Shown: piece after piece, positions 1 through 13,004 of the stretch
Layout of the letters: the number at the start of each line of letters is the position of its first letter
Position numbering within the stretch: position 1 is the stretch's first letter
Assembly (NCBI RefSeq): GCF_001194135.2
Contig: NC_068981.1
Coordinates: 79,274,240 to 79,338,239, forward strand
Direction: 5' to 3'
DNA length: 64,000 nucleotides
Source: Octopus bimaculoides
Taxonomy: Eukaryota
Program-made: the position numbers and the translations under genes
Notes under the pieces: model-generated
What the model was told of the DNA's origin: nothing
The model's input: only the letters and a program-made list of their open reading frames with translations
The model's database searches: none

Positions 1-16
1 AATTGAACACCCTGTA
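1..16. mobile_element. Terminal fragment of a Tc1/mariner-type element (right TIR plus TA)
   Basis: aattgaacaccctg followed by TA; reverse complement is TA-CAGGGTGTTCAATT, similar to the TIRs of the maT element at 14337/15137. Confidence 0.45.
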
Positions 17-1752
17 TTAAAAAAATCTCTTCCGTACATCGGACCGTTCGTCACCTTAAATTGTCATGCATGTTTTTGTTGTATGTTACGTTTAAAGAAG
101 AGAGCAACCGATTTGTCTACCGTGTAGGACGGACAAAACCCATTCTACGCCATAACAACATTATCATAAGAATGCTATCATAAACTATATTGATCATATG
201 CAAAATATTGTATTTGTTAGAAGTAAATTCCAAGAATTTTATTTTAAAACACGAATAATTAAATATTCCAGACAAAGTATGAGAATATTCAAAATGTTGT
301 AGAACTGTAGAGTGTATTAAATATTAATGCACATCATTATTTACAACAGATTTTAAAAGCTTGAGTAAGAAATTGAACTGGATCCGTTGTTGAAGCTCCT
401 GCTTGGGAGTTCAGAGGTTTGGAAGAGAATGGAGTTATCACTGACTTACCACTATTCCTAGGCCTGCTATGGTCTTGAGTGATTGTACTATTGTTATAAA
501 GTAGTCGATGCATATGTGGAAGATGTGAGAGAAACCAAAGAGATGCTGGTTGTTGCTTTTGCTCTTACGAATTCATTACTGATTCGAAATTCATTTTCTC
601 CATTTTCCAAACTTTTCAGAAGATTACCTCTTGCTTTAAGGCGCTTGCTTTCAAGTAAATTTGCTTTGTTAATGAAAGTATATCACTAATGGTTTTTGCT
701 CTTCATATATCATACATGTGCCTATAATAGAAAGGAATATTAGTGAAAAAGAAGATTAGTACCAGTTAAACACAGGGATCGATATATCGACACTACCTCT
801 CGCTCAGAATTGTTGGCCTTGTACCAAAATGTGAAACCAATACAAGTTAACAAAGCAGATTAACTTAGGGGACAGGTCTATAAAGCAAAAAAAAAAGAAG
901 AGCTTCAAAACAGTTGAGAAAAATGGGATCAAAATATATACCTGGGAGAAAAACTGCAACATAAAATTACTTATTGAATAGCCTATGTTTTCCTGGGGTC
1001 TGTGAATCAACAGAATTGTGAGCATGTCGAAAAACATGCTTTACTGTATTTTTTTCCCCTTTTTTTTTTTACGTTTTGAGTTCAAACCTTGCCTTTCGGA
1101 TTCAATAAAACGAACTCCCCTTCAAGTACCGGGATCTATGAAACTGTGTAATCCTTTTTCCCCTAAATTGCTTGGGCCAAATTTTTTTTTTAATATTAGG
1201 AGTATCTCATTATTAGGAGTATCTCATTATTAGGACTTTTGCATCACTGAATATTGAGGGTTTAGATTCGCTGTCACACTTTTGGCGGGAGAGAGGAAGA
1301 CAGAGAGGGAAAGAGAGAGAAAGTGTGTGCGCGCGTGAGCGTTTCTATAGAATTTCTGTAGTGTTTGCTGGTGGGAAAAGCGTTATTTTATGGTTTAGAC
1401 AATGTCTGTCAAGCTCATCTGTGAAAACTATGTACAACCATTATGTTTTTGTCAAGTATGTTAGTATAAAATTGTTTCTCGGTCACCATCCTGTTGTTGA
1501 CATTGTTGTGGTTATTGTTGTTGATATTGTTGTGGTTGCTGTTGTTGATGTTCCTGGCAAAAAATATAAAATAAAAATGACCATCCCGAAATATAAAAAC
1601 ATCTGTTAATTATCTTCCAAGTAGTCATTTAACTGTAATTAGGAACTTGTATTCAATCTGATAGAAACATATTTCTAACGTGACAAAAAACGCCTTATAT
1701 ATATTAAAAAAAAATGACCAGGAGATGTTTTTTTTACAAGACATCATAAGCG

Positions 1753-2085
1753 AGTGATGTCAGATTAACTGTCTCAACGACCCAATAATGGCCGAAAGAG
1801 TATACGGTCCCGAATACAAGCAGCTGAAATGGGGTTCCTCCAAAAGAGCGGTAGCTCGGATATCAGAGAGTTTCTCCGGGTCGAGCTGCCACTTGTCTGT
1901 ATTAAGAGTTGTAATACAGATGTTATTGCCAAAATGTGATTAGTAAGTCACAGAAAAGAACTGCAAGACGGATTCTTCAAGCCGAGCCAACCAGCGAGAA
2001 ATTTATGTGGTAGATCGAGAATGAAATAGTCGGATAATAACCATAGTGTTATTCATGCTTGAGAATCCAGTCGGAAAGTGTAATG
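1753..2085 (+). mobile_element. Degenerate 3' end of an RTE-clade LINE ORF
   Basis: Translates in part as RIQAAEMGFLQK, then eroded RTE C-terminal sequence with stops and frameshifts. Confidence 0.6.
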
Positions 2086-2112
2086 ATGGATGCTTCTAAT
2101 AGGACACTAGGG

Positions 2113-2249
2113 ACAGGGGCGAACCCAAGGGATGGGGGAGCTGAGGGGCACGTTCCCCTCTCAAGAAAAGAAGTGCGCCCTTCTAGATAATGTTATTACG
2201 CCCTTTTCTCCTGGAATTGTATTCCCTTCTGACCTGGAACCGCGCCTGA
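2113..2249. mobile_element. Small MITE with imperfect TIRs
   Basis: Left caggggcgaacccaagg versus reverse complement of right end caggcgcggttccagg; abuts the truncated Tigger. Confidence 0.4.
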
Positions 2250-3810
2250 GAGAGGAGGTGTCTGATAACTCTATTTCCACAACACATCCAGGAATAGTGG
2301 GCGAAGAAGATGGACGGATAGATGGGTACACTCTGCCAGACCATATCGATGATTTTCAGGCAGTTTACAATGTTGTAGTGCTTCCTCCAAAACTCACAAA
2401 GAGTTAGATTTGTATTTTCGGTAACTTCAAAGCACCGACGAAACAGGTGTTTGGTGTACAATTTCTTGAAATTAGAAATCACCTGTTGGTCCATGGGTTG
2501 CAAGATAGGGGTGGTGTTGCGTGAAAAGTACAGAACTTTTATAAATTTAAATTTGTCAAGGATATCATCTTCGAGGTTAGTGGGGTGAGGAGGGCCTTGA
2601 GAGAAAGATTGTTCTTCAGAAGGTGCTTTTTCAATGCTGGTCCGAAAACAAGGCTGACCCACTCGGAGAAGAATTGCCTGATGACGCAGGCTTTAATGTT
2701 TGCCCGCCACACGACCTGCAGCTTCTTCAGGATTTTGTGCGACTTGAACGCTCGTGGGTTTTCGGAATGGTAGACAAGGAGCGGCTTCATCATCAAACCC
2801 CCGCTCGCATTGGCACAAAAAGCGAGAGTTAGGCTATCTTTCATAGGCTTGTGACCTGACATTTTCTTCTCTGTAATTATGTGGGTTCTTCAAGGAATTT
2901 TTTTTTTTTCAAAAAAGGCCAATTTCATCACAGTTGAATACTTGTTGTGCGATGTACTCCTCGGCTGCGATGAGCTGACGGAATTCACGCACGAAATCCT
3001 CAGCTGCCTCCGTGTCAGAACTCGTTGCTTCTCCACACCTGACGACGCTATGAACACCAGTCCTCTTCTTGAAATTATCAAATCAGCGCGACTGGCCTTA
3101 AGTGCGTCTACTGATGTCTCCTCCATCGTTGTTCCAGGGTTCTGCTTCAGGAGATCCCCATACAGAGCTCGTGCTTTCTCGCAGATGATGATCTCCGTAA
3201 TCGTGTCCCCTGCGAGTTGTTTCTCGTTGATCCACAGGAGAAGCAATATTTCCATCCTTTCGTGGACAGTTATGCGTTGCTTAGAGAGCCTGGAGACACC
3301 TTTTGCTATTGTAACAGCCTCGATCGCATCCTTTTTCTTCAGGGTGGTGCAGATCGTCGACATGATTCGGTCGTATTGACGTGCTATGTCCACTACACGC
3401 ACCCCTCTCTCATGTTTATCAATGCTTTCCTTCTTTAGTTCAATTGTAAGTAGCTTTTTCTTCTTCTCAGCACTGTCCTTTGCACTAACCTTCTTGGGAC
3501 CAATGGCTAACACTACTAATTATTATGAAATAATAGTAAACAATTCACAAAACCAAACTCAAATACTGCGAAAAACACAACAGGGATGCTGTCACAACGA
3601 GACAAACACATTAAATGAGCGAGCGGAGACTACGCTTGTTGGCTTGTTGGGAGAGCTTGTGCGAGCTCAACGCCGACTAGCGGTTGCTTGTATGAAACTC
3701 ACTCGTACTGCACATTTCCACTCGTACTTCAAGACAAAAATTCGCACGAGCCTCGGCTCGTATAGCAAATTACCCGTACAATGGTGCACTCGTACTGCGA
3801 GGTTCTACTG
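2250..3810 (-). mobile_element. Tigger/pogo DNA transposon remnant (CENP-B-type HTH plus DDE_1), 3'-truncated
   Basis: 5' TIR CAGTAGAACCTCGCAGTACGAG ends at 3810 next to TA. Frameshifted ORFs GPKKV..LTIELKKE..GVRVVDIARQY, GHKPMKDSLTLAFCANASG..KPLLVYHSENPRAFK, NTTPILQPMDQQVISNFKKLY. The likely start is ATT rather than ATG. Confidence 0.9.
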
Positions 3811-3844
3811 TATATAGAATTTTAATGTTGTAGTTGTTGATTCT

Positions 3845-3900
3845 TGCTACGTTCTAAGTTCAAATTCCGCCGAGGTCGACTTTACCTTTCATCCTTTTTG
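3845..3900 (+). mobile_element. SINE family B fragment
   Basis: acgttctaagttcaaattccgccgaggtcgactttacctttcatcc matches copies at 5858-7420. Confidence 0.8.
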
Positions 3901-4173
3901 AGTTCGCACGGTCGTTTTTTCATCTTGGGTTAAGAAAATTTTTCTTCGAGGTTTTCGCTAATGGTTCGTACAGAGATTTGTTTGTCGATCGTTCTGTAAA
4001 AGCGTACCTCTTCAAACACTCATCACCAAACAGCCTTTTCGCCACCAGCGTCGTGCGCCAACCAAGATTACCACCGTGACGACAACAATTACTACTACCA
4101 ACTACAAGCATTCCCCCCGACGTCGCCAAGTTACCACTGTCAACATCATTACCACCACACATACAGAACACAG

Positions 4174-5129
4174 NNNNNNNNNNNNNNNNNNNNNNNNNNN
4201 NNNNNNNNNNNNNNNNNNNNNNNNNNNNNNNNNNNNNNNNNNNNNNNNNNNNNNNNNNNNNNNNNNNNNNNNNNNNNNNNNNNNNNNNNNNNNNNNNNNN
4301 NNNNNNNNNNNNNNNNNNNNNNNNNNNNNNNNNNNNNNNNNNNNNNNNNNNNNNNNNNNNNNNNNNNNNNNNNNNNNNNNNNNNNNNNNNNNNNNNNNNN
4401 NNNNNNNNNNNNNNNNNNNNNNNNNNNNNNNNNNNNNNNNNNNNNNNNNNNNNNNNNNNNNNNNNNNNNNNNNNNNNNNNNNNNNNNNNNNNNNNNNNNN
4501 NNNNNNNNNNNNNNNNNNNNNNNNNNNNNNNNNNNNNNNNNNNNNNNNNNNNNNNNNNNNNNNNNNNNNNNNNNNNNNNNNNNNNNNNNNNNNNNNNNNN
4601 NNNNNNNNNNNNNNNNNNNNNNNNNNNNNNNNNNNNNNNNNNNNNNNNNNNNNNNNNNNNNNNNNNNNNNNNNNNNNNNNNNNNNNNNNNNNNNNNNNNN
4701 NNNNNNNNNNNNNNNNNNNNNNNNNNNNNNNNNNNNNNNNNNNNNNNNNNNNNNNNNNNNNNNNNNNNNNNNNNNNNNNNNNNNNNNNNNNNNNNNNNNN
4801 NNNNNNNNNNNNNNNNNNNNNNNNNNNNNNNNNNNNNNNNNNNNNNNNNNNNNNNNNNNNNNNNNNNNNNNNNNNNNNNNNNNNNNNNNNNNNNNNNNNN
4901 NNNNNNNNNNNNNNNNNNNNNNNNNNNNNNNNNNNNNNNNNNNNNNNNNNNNNNNNNNNNNNNNNNNNNNNNNNNNNNNNNNNNNNNNNNNNNNNNNNNN
5001 NNNNNNNNNNNNNNNNNNNNNNNNNNNNNNNNNNNNNNNNNNNNNNNNNNNNNNNNNNNNNNNNNNNNNNNNNNNNNNNNNNNNNNNNNNNNNNNNNNNN
5101 NNNNNNNNNNNNNNNNNNNNNNNNNNNNN
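4174..5129. other. Assembly gap
   Basis: Run of N. Confidence 1.
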
Positions 5130-5468
5130 GTAGTCTCACGCATGCGTGGAATTAAACAAGCAAGCGTTCCCGCTTAATTCTATCTCTTTTACGGTCGGCC
5201 GACCATGAGCATGGACGTGCTAAGCTGTCTCTCTACATCTTTCGGACTTACACTCGACAGCTCGCTTGCAACTACATACCCACGTCCCAACAACTATGCT
5301 CACACACAACAGAAGCTGTAACAACAAGAGCTAAAGATGATATATTTACCACCTAAATAAAGTGTTGTTTAAGTTGATAGTCTGGAGTTCAGCGTTCCGT
5401 TATATTCTTTAATTTTATAGTAGGAAAGTCAGGTATACATCTAATGATGTATAACCAACTTTCCTATA
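5130..5468 (+). mobile_element. End of an LTR-like repeat with AATAAA and a terminal ~50-nt hairpin
   Basis: Closely similar to the reverse complement of 63404-63735; ends taggaaagtcaggtatacatctaatgatgtataaccaactttccta. Confidence 0.7.
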
Positions 5469-5601
5469 AATGTTTGATTAATTATTGGCGTGATAGAGAT
5501 TGCCTGTAGAATATATAGATATGGGGTTCCGTAATTTTTGAGAAATCGTATAAGGATTCTGCGATAGAATAAGTTTGGAAATCACTGCACTGGTACAGGG
5601 T

Positions 5602-5618
5602 ATTATTATTATTATTAC

Positions 5619-5686
<68 letters not shown>
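5602..5686. repeat. (ATT)n microsatellite
   Basis: Direct reading. Confidence 0.95.
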
Positions 5687-5688
<2 letters not shown>

Positions 5689-5857
5689 TAGTCTTATTTT
5701 TATCACATGCTTTCACTACGCAGCTCCGTGTGCCTTGAGTATGTGCTGTGGTTTAGTGTTTTATGTAGGATGTGTGCGGTGCCTAATAGTGCTATTTTCT
5801 GTATGTTATATATACTTGCTAGTCTTGTTTTTTTTTGTTTTGTTTTTTTCTTGTTAT

Positions 5858-6085
5858 GGTGGCAAGCTGGCAGAATCGTTAGCGCACTGGACGAAATGCT
5901 TAGCAGTATTTCGCTTGTCTCCACGTCCTGAGTTCAAATTCCGCCGAGGTTGACTTTGCCTTTCATCCTTTCGGGGTCGATAAATTAAGTACAAGTTATG
6001 CACTGGAGTCGATGTAATCGACTTAATCCCTTCCCCCAAATTTGAGGCCTTGTGCTTCCAGTAGAAAGGATTATTATCGTTATTA
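5858..6085 (+). mobile_element. SINE family B, full copy
   Basis: ggcaagctggcagaatcgttagc..gagttcaaattcc (B-box-like)..tttgcctttcatcctttcggggtcg..agtagaaaggattatt. Confidence 0.85.
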
Positions 6086-6089
6086 TTGA

Positions 6090-6604
6090 GTGAGAGAGCA
6101 GTGCATGCCATCAAAGTGATATTGGGGTAAATTATACGAAGCCCAGTATACCCATCATGACCACCCGTCTGATAAGGGTACACCAGGCACATGCATCATT
6201 TGTGCGCGACATGGTGGTCTCATATCAAGATAAACAGCGCAGTTAGAATTTTCTTAGGTCGAGTAGCCCCTCCCATTCAAAAGGTCCCTGAATAAGGGTT
6301 GTTTAAGGATGTTGAATGAAACACACGTTTCCAAAGGTGAATTATTCAAACCCGAAAGAATTCCTTTCAACACTCCTTTCCTGCTCCCCCACTACTTCTG
6401 CTCGTGATCAGAGATGCACATATCGTCAGCCACTAAGGGACATGCACTGGTTAAGGTCAAACAACTGACTAGCAAATCTGTGGTATTGAGCAGAATATTT
6501 GTTGTAGCCATCTTTTATACCAAGACAAACAAATGTACATGATAACACTTCCAATCAGTTAAGATCAGAAGCCATGAGAGCCACTGCCTGGTACTGCATC
6601 AGGG

Positions 6605-6660
<56 letters not shown>

Positions 6661-6735
6661 TATTATTATTATTATTATTTATTATTATTATTATTTATTA
6701 TTTATTATTATTATTATTATTTATTATTATTATGA
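6090..6735 (+). mobile_element. 3' portion of a non-LTR retroelement ending in an (ATT)n tail
   Basis: Non-coding repeat-like stretch ending cagggtattt plus about 125 bp of (ATT)n. Confidence 0.5.
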
Positions 6736-6736
6736 T

Positions 6737-6936
6737 TAAGGCAGCGAACTGGCAGTATCGTTAGCGCGCTTAGAAATGCTTAGCGGTATCTCGCCCGTCA
6801 CTACGTCCTGAGTTCAAATTCCGCCGAGGTCATCCTTTCAGGGTCGATAAATTAAGAACCAGTTGAACTCTGGGGTCGATTTAATAGACACATACCCTCC
6901 CCCAAAATTGCTGCCTTTGCAGTAAAATTTGAAACA

Positions 6937-6980
<44 letters not shown>

Positions 6981-7420
6981 GGTAACGAGCTGACAGAATC
7001 GTTAGCGCGCCGGGGAAAATGCTTAGCGGCATTTCGTCCGTCTTTACGTTCTGATTTCAAATTCCGCCGGGGTTGACTTTGCCTTTCAACCTTTCGGAGT
7101 CGATGAAATAAGTACCAGTTACCCACTGGGGTCGACGTAATCGACTATACCCCTCTCCCAAAATTTCAGGTCTTGTGCCTTTAGTAGAAAGGATTATTAA
7201 TAAGGCGGAGAGCTGTCAGAATCGTTAACAGCCCGGGCAAAATGCCCAGCAGCCTTTCGCCCATCTTTTTGTTCCGAGCTCAAATGCCGCCGAGATAGAT
7301 TTTGCCTTTCATCCTTTCAGGATTGATAAAATAAGTATCCGTTGAGTAAAGCGGTCGATGTAAATGACTTACCCCACTACCCCAACCTTCCTGGCCTTAT
7401 GTCAAAATTTGAAATTATTA
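6737..7420 (+). mobile_element. Three head-to-tail SINE family B copies
   Basis: Units begin taagg(c/t) at about 6737, 6980 and 7201, each preceded by an att-rich tail. Confidence 0.85.
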
Positions 7421-7500
7421 TTATTATTATTAGTAGTAGTAGTAGTAGTGGTGGTAGTGGTAGTGGTAGTAGTAGTAGTAGTACTAGTAGTAGTAGTAGG
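7412..7500. repeat. (ATT)n/(AGT)n/(GGT)n compound microsatellite
   Basis: Direct reading. Confidence 0.9.
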
Positions 7501-7856
7501 AAAACTGAACAACAAACATCTAACGTTTACTAATGTAGACGCGTTATTTTAAAGTCTGATAAAGATTCATCACATGTTTGTTTGTGTTTAATCTTATCTA
7601 TCATATGTCCTAACGATATCGTCGGATTGTCTGTGGATGTCATCTTTGAAATTGAATGCACACACAAACACACATACACGCACACACACATTAATATTCT
7701 TATCAACTGTTACTCTATAACTCTATATAAGTTATGACAATAGTATTGTGCAACGTGACAGAATAACCAATGCTATTTAATGTCGGATCTTAAGATATAG
7801 AAAATACATGGAGTGTATGTGTGCATATTTTTTGTGCAAATTTTAAAGGATTAGAG

Positions 7857-9117
7857 ACATTAACAGAAACGTCTTCCATGATTCAACCAGAATAACTTTA
7901 GTTTCCCGTTGAAGGTTTTAATTTTCTCTTTGCAAGAAAACAGAGTGAAGATATTTCCTTGAAGTTCTTTGTTAAGGACATTTAGCTTTTCAAGTATGTC
8001 AGACAAGTAAAAAACATCACTCTTTGCATCAACAAGTTTCTCTCCAAGTTCTGTCTCACTCAAAAAAGAGATAACAGTGTCCCAAAGTGCAACAAAGCGA
8101 TGCAGGCAATTACCCTTGGATAGCCATCTGACTTCAGTATGCAACACAAGTCGTTCAAATTCCTCGTCGATATTTTCACGTAATTGCTTAAAGAGGCAAT
8201 CTTGCAGTGCATTCTTTTTATTAAGTTGACAGCTTTGATAACATTTATAAGTGCATCATTCAAACGTCCTGCTATGTCTTTGGTTACCAGATGCTGTCAA
8301 TGAAGAACGCAGTGCACATAAAGCACATTAGGAACAGCTTTTTTTAAGTAAGCACTGAATCCCCGATATCTTCCGATCATAGCAGCAACGCCATCTGTTA
8401 CACAAGCCACAATGTTCTTCAATGGACTGTTGTTCTCTTCAAAATAGGCTCCAAGTTTTTTGAAGATGGATTCCTCTTTTGCGTCGGTCGTTAATTTCAA
8501 AGCATAAAGCAATTCCTGACATATATCGTTAACATTAAGAAACCTAACAAATGCCATTAAAAAAGCAAAAATATCAGGTTGAGTTGATTTATCTATTTGA
8601 AGCGAGAACTCATTTTCCCTAAGTTTTGAAACTAATTAACTTTCAACATCAGCCACCATTTCATGAATCTGATGAGTTGCTCAGAGGAATAACACTAGTA
8701 ACCTGTTGTGGACTCTGATCCATGACTGTTGAAAGCACTACAGCCACTGCAGGCATGATCAAAGATTCTCCAATCGTGCGAGGCTTACCAGCTTTTGCAA
8801 TTAAATTTGCTATCTTGTAAGAAGCCATTCCTTTTTGCTGCTTTTTGAATGAACATTTGATCCACTGTCACCCTTCCTTAAAACTCATCACGTAACCTTT
8901 TGAAGAAATCTAGTGGCTTGCCTTTCTTATTTCTATGTGTAGTCTTCAGATGTTTCTTTTTTTTTTTACTTTGCAGGGACGCGTACTTTCATTTGAGAAG
9001 GAAGTCTTGTTCAGCAGGCACATAGCCATGGTAGAATTTTATGGAGATTTAATGAATCCATTAGCAAGGTATTCGACAGAATATTGTCTACACTTTTTTT
9101 TTAGATGTACTTTCCAT
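7857..9117 (-). pseudogene. hAT (Buster/Charlie-type) transposase remnant, 3'-truncated
   Basis: ATG at 9117 (MESTSKKKCRQYSVEYLANGF, BED-finger region); later frames FVRFLNV..QELL, ACVTDGVAAMIGRYRGF..VHCVLH, LHTEVRWLSKG, YLSDILEKLNVLNKELQG; many stops and frameshifts. Confidence 0.9.
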
Positions 9118-10331
9118 GTTTATCTGAAATAATAAACAAATATTTTCAAAAAAGTTAAATAAACAAGAGGTTAGTTTCAAGCGTTTTCGTCAGGGTTGAA
9201 TACAGAATAAGATAAACCAATATACCTTTTTAGCCAAGAATAGAATTAGATCTAAAACCAGGTTTATAAAGTTAATTCATTACGTAGTTAACTAAATCAA
9301 AAGCTTTAATAATCAGGAAAAACAGATTAATATTTATGCTTATAAAAAGATAAAAATAACAAGACAAAAATTCATCGTTCTCTTTTCAGTTGACAATCCA
9401 GGAAGAAAATAAATTTGATGAAAAGAAACTAAATTATAAAAGTGATAGCTAAAGCAAGCGAACTGGTAAACTCATGGAGAAAATAGAGTTGATCTATTGT
9501 TGAATCAAACTCGAGCTGTTAAAAAGAGTTAGAGAAGTATATAGAAAATGTATTTTCTTTAAAAAAAAAAATGATTTTATAATATATTTCGTTATATTCT
9601 GTTAAACATAATTCAATATTAAATTTGACTCTAATTAAATTAAGTATATAATACTATTCAGTGACCAATTATTGAATTATTAAGTTGATTAATAATTTAA
9701 TAGTAGTATAAAAGTGCATATAAGAATGATTTTATCTAGTTTTCTAATGAACTGTTTGTTTGTTTGTTTGTTTTCGGGGCACCCTCGGTCTCTCACCTCC
9801 CTCTTGATTCCCCATCTTAGTTTGAATACTTCTCAAAGCCCTTGTTAATTATAGGTTTTTTGACAATAAATCCTATACTCGTATGTGAAGAAACAGTTTT
9901 CCTGACCGCTTGGCTCCAGTTTGAATGATTGATCAATGATTTAACTTGGTGGATCGACCTTTCCGTCCTCGCCTCTGATGCTATGGACCTAGACGGAATA
10001 TTTATGATAATTAAAGTAACTTATAAAACTTAGGTAAAATGAAGTAAAAAGAAGTAGATACTTGTACACCAACGACACAGGAAAATATAATTAAACAAGC
10101 AAGTACGGTATCAAGAGCAGAAGTAGGATGAAATAAGCAGAGAGAGAAAGAAGAAATAGTATAATTTGACAAAGCAAAAAAGAAAAATGAATCTTCAAGA
10201 GATCTGTGCGGATGTTAACCAGTTAGCATGGACGTTTTTGATTAGATGGATTTGCCATGTCGTCGATAATGTTGAAATGGAGGTTTGATTAATAACTGTG
10301 ACTTTGCCTTCTGCGCTGTCCATTATATATG

Positions 10332-11408
10332 TGTAGTGAAACTACCTCCCGCCATTAGATACAAAACTACTATCGCCATTACATACAATCTTCTCATTTA
10401 AATATAAATAAATGCGAGCGTAGTAGAGAACCCATTCCTTGTCATCACGTGACTGATCATTATTCGAATCGGCAACTTCTTCGAACCGTTCCCGCCAGAA
10501 CGCAAACTGACCAATCACAGCCCCTAATAAGGTCACGTGATAGAGTAAAATTCTGAAGCCATTGGGAGCCCATAGTTTGTTATAAATAGCTTTAACTCGG
10601 CAACCAAATTTGTCTCGGTCCAGTTTCTCTTTGNNNNNNNNNNNNNNNNNNNNNNNNNNNNNNNNNNNNNNNNNNNNNNNNNNNNNNNNNNNNNNNNNNN
10701 NNNNNNNNNNNNNNNNNNNNNNNNNNNNNNNNNNNNNNNNNNNNNNNNNNNNNNNNNNNNNNNNNNNNNNNNNNNNNNNNNNNNNNNNNNNNNNNNNNNN
10801 NNNNNNNNNNNNNNNNNNNNNNNNNNNNNNNNNNNNNNNNNNNNNNNNNNNNNNNNNNNNNNNNNNNNNNNNNNNNNNNNNNNNNNNNNNNNNNNNNNNN
10901 NNNNNNNNNNNNNNNNNNNNNNNNNNNNNNNNNNNNNNNNNGGCATCGATGCCACGACATCACAACTAGTGATCAGCACTGTCACACTCAGCCTCTCCTC
11001 ACTTTCACATACAGAACTTTTCCTATAGTGTACTAACGAACTGGTATAATTGTTCACGTGTTATTGACTCTCTTTCTATCTGCTGTAAACACTCACACAC
11101 ATGTATCACTCACATACACACTTTTCTTTGTATGACGGCCTGTCTTTGATTATGTTCTATGTCGCATTCACACTCACACACAGACATACATCTTTAACGC
11201 TATAATAAATATCTCTGTTATTCATCTAATACGGTTGTGGTCTTTCATTACTGGTCATCTATGTTATCGTTGCATAACATATCACTTATAACATCTTTGA
11301 TATATATTTGTATGTTCGACCGTGTGACACGTTTAAATAAAAGGAGTCCTCTGTTTGTCCATTCGTCGCCATATCTCCTTTTATGAGTTCGCACGGTCGT
11401 CCCTTACA
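10332..11408 (+). mobile_element. Solo LTR (Gypsy-like) with 4-bp TSD TATG
   Basis: TGTAG...CTTACA ends; TATG at 10328-10331 and 11409-11412; CCAAT near 10510, TATAAA near 10581, AATAAA near 11336; spans a gap. Confidence 0.8.
10634..10941. other. Assembly gap
   Basis: Run of N. Confidence 1.
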
Positions 11409-11659
11409 TATGTTTTGCAGCTTTAAAATTTTGGAGTAATTTGGTAGCTGCTCACCTTACGAAGCAGACATACAACACTCAAAATCCAATATTCTAACAT
11501 GTGTTCTTTAAGTACATATTTGAGTGTAATAGAAAATTAGCACATAAGGATGGTCCATCATAATTATAAACGCATATACACTTGTTTTTTATATGTATAT
11601 GTGTCATGTGCAAATAAAATTACATACCTACATGTTAATATTTTATGATTCCTAAATTT

Positions 11660-11783
11660 TCTGTGCCACACCACGTAGACCCATGTGGCTCCATATTTTT
11701 CAAACTTAGCGTCGTGGCCACAAAGAAATGTTTCATAGCTCCCTAGGAGGCCATACGGCTCCCGTTGAGAAATCCTGGTCTAT
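11660..11783. mobile_element. hAT-type MITE end
   Basis: Ends gttgagaaatcctggtcta, resembling hAT MITE termini elsewhere in the window. Confidence 0.4.
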
Positions 11784-13004
11784 AGTATTCATACATTAAT
11801 TTATTATTTTATATATCACATCCTTTTTCTTTTTAATAGTACTAGTTCTTTTAAGAGCACTAGTTCTTGACATCAGCTAAAAAAATATCACATGTAGCAA
11901 CAGAAGTGAAGTAGGCAATAAGAATGATATATAAAACTTTTTATTTTCGTGCAGTGTGATTCAGATATTGAGCATAATCCCCAATATCTAACTCACACTC
12001 ACATGGAAATTTGGACTCAGCAATACTCGTCGATTTTATCGTACATCATTACTAACTGCTACGAGATTGACTATTGACTGATGCATTATAGACAGCACAA
12101 GCACCAGTGAAAAGATACGAACTATAAACCATTTGGCTTTTGGTCCTGTTAGCAAATGTAAATCAAAAATCTCCCGATGAAGATATTCTACTTCCTGTCT
12201 AATTTAATAAGTCTTCTACATTAACATTCTCCTATAGCTTTAAGTTATACGCAAACAAAATAGTGGAGACGAGAATACATTTATCGAAGGTTTATTACTT
12301 TACGTACATCGGGGCTTAAGTCGATAGTTATTTCTGTTTAGTTCATTCAGATTGGTTTAACACTAACTGCTGAAATTCTTTTGTTGTTCTTCTCTCCAGA
12401 AGACCTTTTCGCTGCTGACCAACTTCCTAGCTAGCCCACAGCGAAGTTCCTGTCTACGGTTCGTCTGTCATGAATCCTGCCCTACATTCCGATATATTTA
12501 TTTAGAATCAGAATATTGTCTCTGAATAGTCTTAGTAAATCTGGAATTCAAGATTTTCCGAAATATATGTATAGTTTCACCGCCGACTAACACGAGATTA
12601 GTTATATTTGTTTATGTCATGAAAGGAGGGCTGAGTGAAAAAAGAAACGCTCAGGAAACACTAGTCCATATCATTCATAGTTGAACTTATTTTATATATC
12701 CCACCCTAATTCTTTAATCAGCACTGGTGACCTATTTCTGACATCACCCAAAAACATTACATATCGTTAACAAGAATAATTAGGCTAAAAGGAGTACACA
12801 AAATATTTTTATTCGAGCAGTGAATCCAGGTTGTGTATCACATCTGAAAAGCCAAAAGCTAATATGAGTTTCTCTCATGCTATGTACTGTAGTATAGTGT
12901 GTTCTAAAAGAACATACACCTTTAAGTGGAGATGAATATCACGAATCAAACTTCTTACAAAATGAAGAACACATTGGACAATATTAGTTTAAGATTTACA
13001 AATC

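Noticed and set aside
1488-1556. Thr-rich mucin-like exon on the minus strand with a strong acceptor
   Set aside because: Derives from a degenerate (CAA)n tract; the donor is weak and no partner exons were found.
3920-5155. Long ORFs in the track at 3.9-5.1 kb, and similar ones at 10.5-11, 25.9-26.5, 37.8-38.3 and 58.6-58.8 kb
   Set aside because: They are open only because they run through N gaps.
9174-9197. Minus-strand CTGACGA..GAAAC hammerhead-like motif
   Set aside because: Stem II is only 2 bp, and no stem I partner or NUH site is present.
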